From the IMG/VR virus record IMGVR_UViG_3300018080_006410: a stretch of DNA of 64,000 nucleotides, one strand, 5' to 3'. Origin of the DNA: an uncultured virus (IMG/VR IMGVR_UViG_3300018080_006410) (lineage: Duplodnaviria > Heunggongvirae > Uroviricota > Caudoviricetes). The notes below the pieces were generated by a model. The model ran no database searches. It had not been told where the DNA came from and saw only the letters and a program-made list of their open reading frames with translations. Made by a program: the position numbers and the translations under genes. Positions 18,391-25,663 of the stretch are shown piece by piece (position 1 is the first letter of the stretch; each line of letters opens with the position of its first letter).

Positions 18391-18819
18391 TTAGCTCACG
18401 TAGGCGTTCAAGTCGTACGACCCCATCGGGTCCTCCACCGTGCCGGCCCCGGACGCTATCACGATTCCGTACAGCCTGGTCGGCCTCCCACGGTCGTTCA
18501 GGAACTCGATCTCGAACTTCCAGGTCTTATTGTCCGGCATCCCCAGGCCCATCTGCCGCCCCGACGGGGAGATGCCGTACTCGGCGCTCTTCAGGTCGAA
18601 CGGTATCCCCTCGTCCCGCAGCTCGTCCCACAGTATCTTCAACGGACGCCAGCTCGTTTCGTTACGGAAGATGCCGGCCTGCCCATACTTCCGCAACAGC
18701 TTGTTCACGAAGTTCGCCGCAGACCGCTTCGTGCGGCCGTCCAGCGGGTTCGGCCTCTCCGCCCCGGCCAGGTCCCTCGCAGCCTCGATCAACTCTCTCG
18801 CAATCTTCTTGCTGTCCAT
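18391..18819 (-). CDS. Leader-peptide family protein
   Basis: MDSKKIARELIEAARDLAGA; GAGGAGG RBS. Confidence 0.75.
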   Translation of the reverse strand: MDSKKIARELIEAARDLAGAERPNPLDGRTKRSAANFVNKLLRKYGQAGIFRNETSWRPLKILWDELRDEGIPFDLKSAEYGISPSGRQMGLGMPDNKTWKFEIEFLNDRGRPTRLYGIVIASGAGTVEDPMGSYDLNAYVS

Positions 18820-18829
18820 GCCGGCCTCC

Positions 18830-19357
18830 TCAGAACGACGCGCTCGGGAGCTTGATCCCGAGAGCGTGCGCCGCCTTGAACATGTTGTTCCTGTGCATCG
18901 CCTCGGAGTAGCTGCCCGTCACGCTGTTCCGGAGACGGCTCAGCGCCTCGTGCTGCGACCGGTCCAGCTCCAGGGCCCTCATCAGGGCGACGTAGACCTC
19001 GCGAGCCAGCTCCCAGGTCTGCTCGTCGACCTGGCTCTCCAGCTTGTAGAAGGTCCTCTTGTCGATCACGAGGTCGATGAGGGACTCGCCAGCCACTCTC
19101 GGCATAAAGCCGGCAGCCACCCTCCCTGCCACGTCGCCGTCGTCGGAGGCACCCCTCATCTTGACCACGTCAGCCTCGGTCAGGTCGTACTTCCTCAGAA
19201 GCGCCCCCAGGTCGTCGGACGTGTCGACCACCTGCGGCTTCCGGCCCGACGAGGACCAGGCCCCGTAGCGCGGAATCGACAGCGTCTCCCCGGAGTCGCT
19301 CCTCAACTCCGTCGCGGAACCCATGTCGGTTACGATGTGCCTCCTGGCCATGTCCAT
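18830..19357 (-). CDS. Two-domain hypothetical protein joined by an RVAxxF motif
   Basis: Internal VAGRVAAGFMPRVAG. Confidence 0.7.
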   Translation of the reverse strand: MDMARRHIVTDMGSATELRSDSGETLSIPRYGAWSSSGRKPQVVDTSDDLGALLRKYDLTEADVVKMRGASDDGDVAGRVAAGFMPRVAGESLIDLVIDKRTFYKLESQVDEQTWELAREVYVALMRALELDRSQHEALSRLRNSVTGSYSEAMHRNNMFKAAHALGIKLPSASF

Positions 19358-19361
19358 CTCC

Positions 19362-19652
19362 TCACATTATGCCGTCACGCTCGTCGAGCAACTCCTGGCC
19401 CATCCTCATGGCCGAGCCCCTGTCGCCCTTCACCGCCGCCACCCCAAGCCAAAACCGCGGGCCACCGCCCCGAGCCCAGAGCCCGAAGCCGTGAAGGTCC
19501 GTCTCCCACACCACGTCCCCGATCTCCGAGTCCGGGGTCGGATGAAGCACGAGCCAGAACTTCGAGGGGTTTATCCCGCGGTCCATCCCGACGGCGCCCG
19601 TCAGCTCCCTCGCGGCCCCGACAAGCTCTCTCGCGATCCTCGTCCCATCCAT
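19362..19652 (-). CDS. Leader-peptide family protein
   Basis: MDGTRIARELVGAARELTGA after AGCAAGGAG; frame stays open upstream to 19757. Confidence 0.7.
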   Translation of the reverse strand: MDGTRIARELVGAARELTGAVGMDRGINPSKFWLVLHPTPDSEIGDVVWETDLHGFGLWARGGGPRFWLGVAAVKGDRGSAMRMGQELLDERDGIM

Positions 19653-19820
19653 GTCGATCTCCTTGCTCATGATCTTCCTCGGAAGCCAGAAGCGCCGATT
19701 GAAGCTCAGCTCGTCGCGGCCAACCTTCCACTCCCTCCGGCGCCCGTCCCGGAACACGAGATGGTCGCGCCCTTCATGCCCATGAACCCGCCCCTGGCTC
19801 TCCTATCCATCATGGCCTCC

Positions 19821-20120
19821 TCAATTCAGCGCTTCCAAATAGCGGTCGTACTGCTTTTTGGTCATGCGACCGCCCATCCAATCTTCCAGCTCGGAAAACG
19901 AGAACTCACTGTGCCAATTCGGACGTCCTCGCGTGCGCGAAAGCTCCAACGGCACCCCATCCCTGCGGTTCGTCGCCGAAAACACGCCAGAGCGCACCTC
20001 CTTAATGTCGAGCCGATGATCGCCAATGTCGTTCAACAGGCGCAATGCCCGCAACTGATCGCTTGCCGCCAGCTCCCTGGCAGCCTCGACAAGCTCCCTC
20101 GCGACCATCTTTCCGTCCAT
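19821..20120 (-). CDS. Leader-peptide family protein
   Basis: MDGKMVARELVEAARELAAS; gene body looks lower in GC than its neighbours. Confidence 0.75.
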   Translation of the reverse strand: MDGKMVARELVEAARELAASDQLRALRLLNDIGDHRLDIKEVRSGVFSATNRRDGVPLELSRTRGRPNWHSEFSFSELEDWMGGRMTKKQYDRYLEALN

Positions 20121-20712
20121 CGACTCCCTCCCTCTCCTGTCAAACTCCGGATGATCCTCGACGAAATCCCCGAGCCACTTCCCGAAGGCCCTCGCGAACG
20201 CCGACTATCGCGGCAGCCTCGACCGGCTGAACACCTTGGCCGGGTTCTTCAGGTCGGCCCACTTGAGCTTGACGTCCTTGAACATGTACCGGTCGCCCGC
20301 CATGGAGGACTTCACGATAACCTCGCCGTCAACGTTGGCGTACACCCTCACCTTCCAGAAGTCGCCGCCGCGCATGCGCTCCTCCTTCGCGTAGAAGTCC
20401 TGCACGGCCCCGAGCCCCGCGTCCAGACTGCTGCTCATGCCCGCGCGGCTCTTGTAGGTCATCTCCCAATACGGACCCAGACGCGTGTTTCTCCTCAGCC
20501 ACGCGTGCAGCCCGGGAGAGGCGTCCGTCAGCACGTCCAGCGCCTCTTCCATCCTCGGATGGTCGAACTGGTCGGCCGCCAGCTCCCGAGCAGCCTCGAC
20601 AAGCTCCCTCGCAATCTTCTTTCCGTCCATCGCCTCTCTCCTATGCTCGTCAAACTCCGGATGATCCTCGACGAAATCCCCGAGCCACTTCCCGAAGGCC
20701 CTCGCGAACGCC
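20065..20712. repeat. ~138-bp direct repeat (20065-20202 and 20575-20712), 510 bp apart
   Basis: 20139-20202 is identical to 20649-20712 (64 bp); the rest covers the RBS and leader-coding DNA. Confidence 0.9.
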
Positions 20713-21317
20713 TCCGGGCCTCCCTCGTCGAACCTCCTCCTGAACGACCCGCCGGGACGCTTGAACGTCGCCTCCCTCCTCCCGTCGCCCAGAATCCTCA
20801 CCTCGAGCTGATAGTCCTTCTCCTCCAGCCACGGGGTCCAGAACGACACGTCGGCCACGTAGCCGTTCTCCGACACGCTCTTCCAGGACACCTCCAGCCC
20901 CGCCGGCACGAAGCGCCTCAGCACGTTCAGGAAGGTCCCGAACTCCTCCTCCACCATCTTCCTCCGGGTCCCCGGCGGGGGGCTGCCAGGGGGCGCCTCC
21001 GCCATCTCCTCGTGGACGAGCGCCGGGACATGGGTGTACCCCATCTCCGCCGACGCCGCCACGCGATGGTTCCCGTCCGCCACCTCGTAGGCGCCGCCGA
21101 CCTTCGCCAAGCTCACCGGGTCCAGCCTGCGGCCCGCCATCATGTGCGCGAGCGCCCTCTCGTACCTGTCCTCGCTCCACTTGCCGTGCCGCACCTTCGC
21201 GATCGGGACCGCCTCGTAGGTGACCTTCGTGTAGCGCCCGCGGGTCAGCCAGTCGGCCCACTGGTCGGCCGGGTCCGGGAACCTGACCCTCCTGCTGTCT
21301 GACTGATAATGGCTCAA
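20205..21317 (-). CDS. ParB/Srx-like domain, internal leader peptide and unknown C-terminal domain
   Basis: VADGNHRV ParB-like motif; MDGKKIARELVEAARELAAD at 20630; probable TTG start coupled to the upstream stop. Confidence 0.65.
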   Translation of the reverse strand: MSHYQSDSRRVRFPDPADQWADWLTRGRYTKVTYEAVPIAKVRHGKWSEDRYERALAHMMAGRRLDPVSLAKVGGAYEVADGNHRVAASAEMGYTHVPALVHEEMAEAPPGSPPPGTRRKMVEEEFGTFLNVLRRFVPAGLEVSWKSVSENGYVADVSFWTPWLEEKDYQLEVRILGDGRREATFKRPGGSFRRRFDEGGPEAFARAFGKWLGDFVEDHPEFDEHRREAMDGKKIARELVEAARELAADQFDHPRMEEALDVLTDASPGLHAWLRRNTRLGPYWEMTYKSRAGMSSSLDAGLGAVQDFYAKEERMRGGDFWKVRVYANVDGEVIVKSSMAGDRYMFKDVKLKWADLKNPAKVFSRSRLPR

Positions 21318-22642
21318 ATCGACTCCTCGGCCGCGACCAGCTCCCTGGCGGCGAGCAGCAGCTCGCTCGCGGCCATCCTGCCGTCCACCTTCGACGCGCC
21401 GCCCCCGGAGGCCCCCCTGAATCTCGGCACCGCCTTCTTGAAAGCCTCCCTCACGATCTCCGGCACGCTCGCCGGCCCCATCGTCACCACGTTCGCGAAC
21501 GTCTCCGCGAACAGCTCCTCCGGGCTCGTCCCCGAATATGCCGTCACCGGATGGAGGAAGACCTTCGCCTCCCCCTTCCTCGCCTTCAGCTGGTCCAGCC
21601 CGGGAACCGCCCCCCGCTTGTACCCGGACAAGCTCTGAGGCTCGTCGATCCCTATCGCCCTCGCCACCATCTCCAGCCACATCAGGCTCCCCGGGTCGGT
21701 CTTCGCCAGGTGCCCCGCGTACGTCCCCAGGAACCTCCCGTACTTCCCGACCCAGTAGTCCCCGCTGTTCGCCTCGGCCCACCTCTCCCAGTCGGAGATG
21801 ATCGAGTCCACGTCCGCCAACCCCACGTTGGCCCCGAAGAACTCGCCCCACGCCGACCTGCCGGCCCCTGCCATCACCCGGTAGTAGTACCGGTGCCCCA
21901 TCTCGTGGACCAGCGTCCGGACCACCCTCCTCGGGTCCCCGGCCGCCGCCACCGCCATGAGGTCCTTCGACTTCTGGTAGTAGGCCAGCGCCCCGCCGCC
22001 GTACACGCCCGGCAGCACCTTCGCAGGATAGGCCAGCACCCGGCCGCCGGCCACCGCCCCGAGACCCGCCGCCGCCACCCTCCTCGTCGCCTCCCGCAGC
22101 TCCCAGTCCAGCGCGTTCCCGAGGCTCCGCGACCAGTCGCCCCTCGGCGACGTCAGCTGCACCACGCTCCACCCGCCGACGTCGAAGTGCCCCTCCACCT
22201 CCACGTCCAGCGAGCTTATCGCCCGGAGAAGCATCGACGAGTAATCGTACACCTTCTCCCAGACCGACTTCGACCCGCTCCCGTTCCTCTTCCGGAAGGC
22301 GTCCCAGTCCTCCGGCGTCCGGAGCCCGGACAGCCCGGCCAGCAGCTTCTCGAAGTTGCCCAGCTTGCGCCTGACCACCTTCTCGAAGAGCCGCTCCTTG
22401 CTCTCGTCCTCGAACTTGAAGTCGATGGCGTCCCCCAGCCTGGCGGCGGCCGCCGCCAGCCTGGACACCATCCCGGCCTCCACCTTCTTCCCGTAGCCAC
22501 CGAGGGGGCGGAAGGCGTCGCGAAGCGCGCCCACCAGCGCCTCCACGCGCCGGTAGTCCTCCGTCTGCCTCGATGTCCTCGACGCGCCCAAGAATGACCT
22601 CTCCGCCTTCACTCGACCTCGATGCCGTTGTCGTCCATCCAC
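21314..22642 (-). CDS. Zincin-like metallopeptidase with a C-terminal leader-like peptide
   Basis: HEMGH (HExxH) and YSGTSPEELFAETF; ends DGRMAASELLLAARELVAA; start uncertain. Confidence 0.72.
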   Translation of the reverse strand: MDGRQRHRGRVKAERSFLGASRTSRQTEDYRRVEALVGALRDAFRPLGGYGKKVEAGMVSRLAAAAARLGDAIDFKFEDESKERLFEKVVRRKLGNFEKLLAGLSGLRTPEDWDAFRKRNGSGSKSVWEKVYDYSSMLLRAISSLDVEVEGHFDVGGWSVVQLTSPRGDWSRSLGNALDWELREATRRVAAAGLGAVAGGRVLAYPAKVLPGVYGGGALAYYQKSKDLMAVAAAGDPRRVVRTLVHEMGHRYYYRVMAGAGRSAWGEFFGANVGLADVDSIISDWERWAEANSGDYWVGKYGRFLGTYAGHLAKTDPGSLMWLEMVARAIGIDEPQSLSGYKRGAVPGLDQLKARKGEAKVFLHPVTAYSGTSPEELFAETFANVVTMGPASVPEIVREAFKKAVPRFRGASGGGASKVDGRMAASELLLAARELVAAEESI

Positions 22643-22657
22643 TCGCGGACCTCCTCG

Positions 22658-22951
22658 TCAGTCCCACGCCACGCCCGAACGCTCCTCGTACGCCTCGATC
22701 AGCTCCGGGGACCCGTCTATCTTGTCGTACGCCTTCTGCATCAGCGCCTCGACCCTCTCCAGCCTCTTCTCCTTCCGGCGCCTCTCGGACGCCGAGAACT
22801 GGCCGGCCCGCCGGTCCAGGTCGTCGCCGTTCACGAGCCTCCCGTCCTCCAGCAGGTTCCTTCTCCGCACGGCGTCGGACAGGCGCCCGTCGACGGACAC
22901 GAGGTCGCGAGCGACCGTCACCAACTCGCTCGCAATCTCCCTGCCGTCCAT
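22658..22951 (-). CDS. Leader-peptide family protein
   Basis: MDGREIASELVTVARDL; AGGAGG RBS. Confidence 0.7.
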   Translation of the reverse strand: MDGREIASELVTVARDLVSVDGRLSDAVRRRNLLEDGRLVNGDDLDRRAGQFSASERRRKEKRLERVEALMQKAYDKIDGSPELIEAYEERSGVAWD

Positions 22952-22953
22952 GC

Positions 22954-23319
22954 TCACCTCCTGAACCCGAGCCTCTCCAGGACCCGGACGAAGTCGACGT
23001 CGGCGTCCGGCGTCGCGAACGTCACCGCGCCGATCTCGATGGAGCCGCCGCCCGGATAGACCACCACGCGCGGCGACGGCGCCTTGGAGACCGCCGCCAC
23101 CTTCTCTATGGCCTTCACGTCCCTGGCCACCTCCCTCTCCATGTCGTCGAGATGCCCGCGCATGGCCCCGGCCTCCGTCGCCCCGAGCCCGCGGAAGTCC
23201 CACCGAATCTTGAACTCCTGACCCGGGAGCATCCTCTTCCACTCCTTGGTCAGCGACGCCCCGGTCAGCTCCCTGGCGGCCTCGACGAGCTCCTTCGCAA
23301 CCTTCGTTCCGTCCATCAT
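22954..23319 (-). CDS. Leader-peptide family protein
   Basis: MMDGTKVAKELVEAARELTGA; GAGG RBS. Confidence 0.72.
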   Translation of the reverse strand: MMDGTKVAKELVEAARELTGASLTKEWKRMLPGQEFKIRWDFRGLGATEAGAMRGHLDDMEREVARDVKAIEKVAAVSKAPSPRVVVYPGGGSIEIGAVTFATPDADVDFVRVLERLGFRR

Positions 23320-23627
23320 TTCACCTCGACGTTGTGCATCTCCATCCACTCGCGGAAGTCCTCGTCCCTGGCCACGTCCTTCTTCAGCTGGGCCTTCACG
23401 GCCGCCAGGAGCTTCGCCCTCTGACCCCAGATCGCGCCCTCGATCATGTCCTGAAGGACCTCGACCTGGCCCGCCCCCACGCCCCTCGACGGGAACGTGA
23501 ACACGTCGTCCACCTTCACGAAGAACGACACGTCCGTCCCGCGCGCCTCGCGGCCCCTCGGAGCCCCGGCCAGGTCCTTCGCCGCCTCGACCAGCTCCGT
23601 CGCAATCTTCTTCCTGTCCATCGTCAT
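23316..23627 (-). CDS. Leader-peptide family protein
   Basis: MDRKKIATELVEAAKDLAGA; AAGGAG RBS. Confidence 0.72.
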   Translation of the reverse strand: MTMDRKKIATELVEAAKDLAGAPRGREARGTDVSFFVKVDDVFTFPSRGVGAGQVEVLQDMIEGAIWGQRAKLLAAVKAQLKKDVARDEDFREWMEMHNVEVK

Positions 23628-23649
23628 GACTCCTTACGACTCCCACTTC

Positions 23650-23677
23650 ATATTGCCGAACGAGCAGGTCTTTCCAC
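23650..23677 (-). promoter_or_regulatory. Bipartite motif GTGGAAA-N10-TTYGGCRATAT, copy 1
   Basis: Same boxes and spacing at 24467-24494 and 35667-35694; each copy is intergenic and upstream of a gene. Confidence 0.6.
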
Positions 23678-23691
23678 CCTCCGGCCTGAAA

Positions 23692-24150
23692 TCATTCCAC
23701 CCATGCCTGCCGGACGGCCGAGTCGCCCTGGAACGCGTCGGCCACGTCCTCGGCCCCGACGTCGCCCTCGATCACGCCCCCGACCAGGAAGTCCTGAGGG
23801 TCGACGTACGTCCTCATCGCCGCCGGCGTCAGCCGGCTGAACGACGCGCCCAGCTTCGAGGCCACCGCCTTCACCACCCTCTTCGCCTCCTTGTCGACGT
23901 CGTCGAACATCTTGCCGATCGCGGCCTTGTCGTACTCGCCGGTCCTGAGAGGGGCGAACATCTCGAACAGGCGGTTGCCCGACGCCGATCCGCGCCCCAC
24001 CCTGACCGTGAACCTCGGGGTCACCGCCGTCAGCTCCCGGGCCAGCCGGACCAGGTCGCCGGCCACGGACGCCTCCTCCATCATCGCCATGTCCTCCCCA
24101 GGCACCCTCACCCGCTTCTTGCTCGGCCTGTCGAAAACGTTCCTTGCCAT
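23692..24150 (-). CDS. Leader-peptide family protein with a degenerate leader
   Basis: SVAGDLVRLARELTA; AGGAGG RBS. Confidence 0.65.
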   Translation of the reverse strand: MARNVFDRPSKKRVRVPGEDMAMMEEASVAGDLVRLARELTAVTPRFTVRVGRGSASGNRLFEMFAPLRTGEYDKAAIGKMFDDVDKEAKRVVKAVASKLGASFSRLTPAAMRTYVDPQDFLVGGVIEGDVGAEDVADAFQGDSAVRQAWVE

Positions 24151-24160
24151 CCCGAACCTC

Positions 24161-24422
24161 CTATAGCCCGCTCTCGGTCTTCAGGTCCCACGGACCCCAG
24201 TGCCCGGTCTTCGTGACCCTGCTCCGGAACTTGTCCATGTCGTACCGTATCACGTTGTCGCCTATCCCGCCCAGGTCGTAGTAGGCCGCCTTCGGCATCC
24301 CTGTCGGTCGAGAACATGTACCACTGAGGACTTCCCGTGGCGTTCCCGATCCCGCCGGACTTGATCCTCGCCGCCTGCCTGTCCGACGTGCCATGATAAA
24401 GCCTAATGGCCCTGCCAGCCAT
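24161..24422 (-). pseudogene. Probable frameshifted or truncated ADP-ribosyltransferase-like gene
   Basis: MAGRAIRLYHGTS...GI...WYMFST, then protein-like sequence continues in another frame to the stop at 24161. Confidence 0.45.
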
Positions 24423-24466
24423 CTGAAAGCTCCTTCTCGGCCTTCCACGACCTTCTCGTCAACCCC

Positions 24467-24494
24467 ATATCGCCGAAAAAGCGAACCTTTCCAC
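24467..24494 (-). promoter_or_regulatory. Bipartite motif GTGGAAA-N10-TTYGGCRATAT, copy 2
   Basis: GTGGAAAggttcgctttTTCGGCGATAT. Confidence 0.6.
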
Positions 24495-24534
24495 CCGCCA
24501 CGCGAAAACCTCAGCCTCTCACATCCAGCCCGCA

Positions 24535-24547
24535 TATAAAAGCATTC
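24535..24547 (-). promoter_or_regulatory. Candidate phage promoter GAATNNTTTKATA, copy 3
   Basis: GAATGCTTTTATA at the upstream end of the leader-peptide array. Confidence 0.4.
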
Positions 24548-24674
24548 TCACAAAAAACGACCAGGAACCCCCAGGGCATGGACCCCACATAGCAATACGC
24601 GCGCGCATAGGGTCGCGCCGACCACCTCCCGTGGAGAACTGCGAGTCCCGCTTTCCTGACTCCACGTCCCCCGC

Positions 24675-24683
24675 GCGTATAAT
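24675..24683 (+). promoter_or_regulatory. GCGTATAAT -10 element, possibly giving a leaderless transcript
   Basis: TATAAT lies 5 nt before the ATG at 24689; no obvious RBS. Confidence 0.5.
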
Positions 24684-24688
24684 GAACC

Positions 24689-25663
24689 ATGCCGAAGCGA
24701 GTCCAGACAAGCGAGATCGAGCGGAGGACGAGGGCCTCGGTCGCCTACGCGGGATGGGTGGAGAGGAACAGGCACCCGGCCTGCCTGATCTGCGACCGCG
24801 AGGACGACCTGGTGGTTCATCACGTGGTCGACCTGCGGGCCGTGATCGTCGGAGTCCTCAGGCTGCACCCCGACCCGGACGACGCCCTGGCCCACGCCGT
24901 CGCCATGCACGACGACGACTCGTGCGAGGGCGTCACCCTGTGCGTCGCGTGCCACGACCGGCTCCACGCCGGCGGGAGGCCGAGGGGCGCCCCCTCCAGG
25001 AAGGCCCTTGCGTCCGTCGTGGCGTGGACGGCCGCCCCGCGCGTGCTCTGGAGCCCTTTCCTGGCCGGCAGCCGCTCAGAGGGCCGAGGATTGAGACTGA
25101 CGGCGTTCCAGACGCTGCTCGGCATCGGATGGCACGCCCTGAACGGCCACGTGGACCCCGAGGCCCGCATGGTCGAGTTCCACAAGCGCCGGTTCGCCGA
25201 GCTGGTCGGCAAGAGCCCCGGCACCTCCTGGGGCCGCTCGCTCTCCCGGGCGCTGGAGGACCTCGTCTCCGAGGACTACCTCCTCGGCTCGGCCGTCTGC
25301 GGGAACGACGTCGAGGCCCATCTCTCCCCAAGATACGTGGAGGCCCTCTCGTCCTCCCCATGGTTCTTCCCGCTGGAGCTGGCCCGGGCCCCGAGCTGCG
25401 TGGCGCTGGCCCTGGCGTGGCACCTGTCCCACCAGGGACGCAGGAGGTCCCACAGGATAGGTGTCGGCAAGCTGGCCCGGAAGGTCGGCCTCGGCTCGAT
25501 GGCGCGGAGCCGCGCCGTCCCGAGCATCCTCAGGGCCTGCGGCTGGGTGCCGTTCGCGGAAGCGTCGGAGAGGCGGGGAGTCTTCGAGTTCAGGCTGAGG
25601 GCGTCCGGGACGGTCCCGATCCACTCCCTCCGGGAGTCGCTATGGGACTCGCTGCGCCGGTGA
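24689..25663 (+). CDS. HNH-like zinc-finger protein with a putative DNA-binding C-terminal region
   Basis: CLIC...HH...LCVACH; the only convincing plus-strand gene. Confidence 0.6.
   Translation: MPKRVQTSEIERRTRASVAYAGWVERNRHPACLICDREDDLVVHHVVDLRAVIVGVLRLHPDPDDALAHAVAMHDDDSCEGVTLCVACHDRLHAGGRPRGAPSRKALASVVAWTAAPRVLWSPFLAGSRSEGRGLRLTAFQTLLGIGWHALNGHVDPEARMVEFHKRRFAELVGKSPGTSWGRSLSRALEDLVSEDYLLGSAVCGNDVEAHLSPRYVEALSSSPWFFPLELARAPSCVALALAWHLSHQGRRRSHRIGVGKLARKVGLGSMARSRAVPSILRACGWVPFAEASERRGVFEFRLRASGTVPIHSLRESLWDSLRR

Noticed and set aside
20065..20712. Repeat pair as a diversity-generating retroelement TR/VR
   Set aside because: No reverse transcriptase in the window, and the mismatches are not confined to adenines.
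20205..22667. 820-aa ORF as one protein
   Set aside because: Its first ~450 codons are an alternative frame over the metallopeptidase gene; credible coding sequence starts near 21317.
14000..24200. Tag repeats as a CRISPR array or integron attC sites
   Set aside because: The repeats are protein-coding, degenerate and irregularly spaced; I saw no attC-like palindromes, integrase or cas genes.
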